NCBI GenBank assembly: GCA_035221665.1
Contig: CM069148.1
Span: forward strand, 11,656,001-11,720,000
Length of the DNA stretch: 64,000 nucleotides
Origin: Okamejei kenojei
Taxonomy: Eukaryota
Direction of reading: 5' to 3'
Of the stretch, positions 61,251-64,000 are shown in pieces. The first letter of the stretch is position 1; each line of letters opens with the position of its first letter. The position numbers and the translations under genes were made by a program. The notes under the pieces are model-generated. The model did no database searches, was not told where the DNA came from, and saw only the letters and a list, made by a program, of their open reading frames with translations.

Positions 61251-62898
61251 AGCAGAGGCACTGATGTGATTTCTTGGCAGGTGAGTCAATGTGGTTGGAC
61301 TAGGATAAATTGTTCATGATGTTTGCACCTAGAAACTTGGCGCACCTGACCATATTCAATTCAGCAACATTGATACTGACAGCATTGATACACCCGGTTT
61401 CCTGAAGTTGATGACCAGCCCTTGTTTTGCTACTGATGTTGAGGGAGAGGTTGCTGTCTTGATACCATGCCACTAAGCCCTCCATCTCCTTCCTGTTCTC
61501 TTCTCGTCAATCTTTGATATCCTGCCCACTATGGTGGTATCAACTGCAAACTTGTAAACAGAGTGCAAATAGAATTTGACCACATAGTCGCAAATGTGTA
61601 GGGAGTACAGTAAGGGGAATGCCATTTGCGGAGCACCTGTATTGAGAATTATCATGGACGATGTTTGTTGCCTTACTGATTGTGGTCTGCCAGAAGTCAA
61701 GGATCCAGTTGCAAAGTTGGGTGCTGAGTTCTCTGTCCTGGAGATTGGAGATGAGTGGTTAGAATTATGGTGTTGCAGGTGGAGATATAGTCAATAAATA
61801 TGAGTCTGACGTGAGTGGCTTTGCTATCCAGATCTCCCTGGGATGAGTGTAAGGCTCGGGAGATGACATCTGCTGTAGACCTGTTTCAATGGAATAAGGC
61901 AGTCTGGGAGGCTTGCATTAATGTGCGCCATGACCAGCCTTTCAAAGCACTACATGATGGTAGATGTTGGAGTCACCAGGCACCCTTCATTGACTTTATC
62001 TTTGACAAAGGGATTATAGTGGTCTTTTTCAAGCATTTGGGAATCTTAGATGGGAGTACGGAAATGTTAAGAATATCTGTGAACTCTTGCTAGTTTGCCC
62101 ACATGCTTGCTGAAGACATAGTCAGGGCCAGTTGCTTTCTGCGGGTCAACTGTCTGAAAGTCTTATGTGATATCCGACACTGATCATGGCTGCAGGTACA
62201 TCCAAGGTTATCGGAGCAGATTATGTTATTTCACTGAACTCCCTCTTCGAAATGAGAATGGAATTCTTTGAGAAAATCATGGAGGGTTGCACTGCTGCCA
62301 ATAATTCTACCTGCCTTTACTTTATAGTCTATTTTAGATTCAAGCTTTGCCACAATTGACCATGCTTTTGATATTAGTCTGGGACTAGGTCGGATCGGTA
62401 TTGTCTCTTGATATCCCATATGGCTTTGTGAAGGTCATACCTAGAATTCCTGTATAGGTCAGCGTCACCCAACCTTACAGCTGGACTTCAGGAGGGAGTG
62501 GATCTCCTGGATTGTCCATGGTTTCCGGTTTGGGCGACAGTCAGATTGATTTATTTGTCTTGCAGTCCACTACACTCTAGTTTGTGATAGCAGTGGTGTA
62601 CTCATCTTGGTCAGCTACCATTTCCTTGAATGTGAACCAGCCTGCCAACTAAAAGCAGTCACATGTGATCTCATGTTTTTTCTCAGGCCGGCACTATACA
62701 ACTCTGTGTGCTGGTTCCCTGCTCTTCAGTATCTGCCTCTAATCATGGAGAAGCACAGGCTGGAGTTCCTCTATCTCTAGCACTTGTTTTTTTTCTCATG
62801 TTAAAATTGAGTTGTATAAAAAGTTCCAAACATTTCCCATCCATATTATGCTCAATCATAACATTGTTGCTATATATGTGTTGTGCACCTGACAATTC

Positions 62899-63010
62899 GG
62901 GTCTGAAGAAGGGTCTCGACCCGAAACATCACCCATTCCTTCTCTCCAGAGATGCTATGCTGCCAGTCCCGCTGAGTTACTCCAGCAGTTTGTGTTTACC
63001 TTTGATATTT
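62899..63010 (+). mobile_element. Penelope-derived terminal fragment with hammerhead motif (62899-62934)
   Basis: gggt-CTGAAGA-a-GGGTC-tc-GACCC-GAAA-C-ATC-accc, where gggt/accc can form helix I, followed by the conserved terminal segment. Confidence 0.8.
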
Positions 63011-64000
63011 CAGGCAGTCCTTTTTTCAACAGTACTGTTTTGTCAGAGATTTTGGTGAAATGTTAGATTGTGCCTCTGTCATGGTGATGCTAAATATTCC
63101 AAGGCATCATTTGAAAGAGAATAAGAGCCAAAAAGCAAAGTAAAACTGCATATACTGGGATCTGAAATTGGAATTGCAGTTGTTCTGCTGTTTTGACATA
63201 TTTTCTTCCCTCCGAAGTAAAACACAAATAGATAACATAACTTTTAATCTTATCTCACACTTAAGTGTGAGTCCTTCCTGCAACAGAAGCATTTTTTTGG
63301 AATACATATCTCCAGAAAAATCCAAGAAGTATGACATCTTCACTTTGCTATAAAGATGACAGCTGAAATTGCTTTTTAATAACAAAAATTTAATATTGAG
63401 CAAATTTTCATTATTAACCTAAGCTCTAATTTGTGAATACATTAATACATTACAAATTTAATTAGCAGCTTGTTTGAATGGAGATTTAGCTAGTCTATTT
63501 AGGCTCCAGTAAACGAATGCAAATCCTTGCTCTGCTAGTAATTGTAAAGATTTTGATGTGCTGTAAAACATTATATTTGTGTTCAGTGTGATGGGCAGTG
63601 TTGTAAAATATACAAATGATACTTTTACAAATTAAATAAGCAAGGAGTATCATCTTGCAAAATACTTAGGGCACTAATAGAGGATATGGAAATCTCAATT
63701 CATGAACTCTGCTTATGGTTTGGATTTTTTGAGAAGTGCAATAAAAATAAACAATTCTCCATATCGATCCAAAGATTTGAAAAAAATAAATTAACTGGAA
63801 AATCTAGCAAAAACAATGTTGTTGACCAATTTAATTTTATTCAGGTATACATGGCGCCAAGTTAGTGCAGCAACTTTCAGTGTGGGAAAGGATGGGGGGG
63901 AGGGGAATGCTGGTGGGTGGGGTTGACACAATAATGGAAGTGTGGGTTTGACAGTTCTGCCTGAACAGCTTCAACACCCACAGGTATTATTCATGTGACA

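Larger units (their letters stand above)
60530..62725 (-). mobile_element. Decayed Rex1/Babar-type LINE
   Basis: Minus-strand RT motifs IILNTGAPQ..PLLYSLHICDYV..VYKFAVDTTIVGRIS and LVAWYQDSNLSLNISSKT; 3' tail ttattgtcacgtactgagacagtgaaaa. Confidence 0.8.

Noticed and set aside
811-63403. Remaining 60-165 aa ORFs in the ORF track
   Set aside because: They lack recognisable domains or compatible splice signals; most overlap SINE or LINE remnants or are chance ORFs in AT-rich intron.

Overview
Eukaryotic, AT-rich vertebrate genomic DNA, most likely a cartilaginous fish (skate or ray), judged from its HE1-type SINEs, HER/CR1 LINE tails and Penelope-like repeats. The window lies inside a + strand DCDC1 (doublecortin domain-containing 1) gene. 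Six phase-compatible GT-AG exons (6444-6686, 9757-9916, 13353-13515, 25331-25536, 30536-30629, 38031-38197) splice into one open frame of about 344 codons; everything after 38197 appears to be one long intron. Nearly all other ORF-track entries are spurious or are decayed transposon pieces (Tc1, CR1/HER, L1, Rex1/Babar, Penelope). Main discovery candidate: three dispersed copies (42816-42960 -, 47060-47201 +, 61129-61250 -) of a 120-145 bp non-coding retroposon. Each is flanked by a 10-12 bp target-site duplication (TSD), starts at or within 1 nt of the first base of a compact HDV/CPEB3-like self-cleaving ribozyme fold, and ends in a hairpin plus an A/GAA-rich tail. Penelope-derived elements carrying minimal hammerhead motifs, many as TSD-flanked foldback units, are also abundant. 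All assignments come from reading the sequence and from recalled family knowledge; no search or folding program was run.
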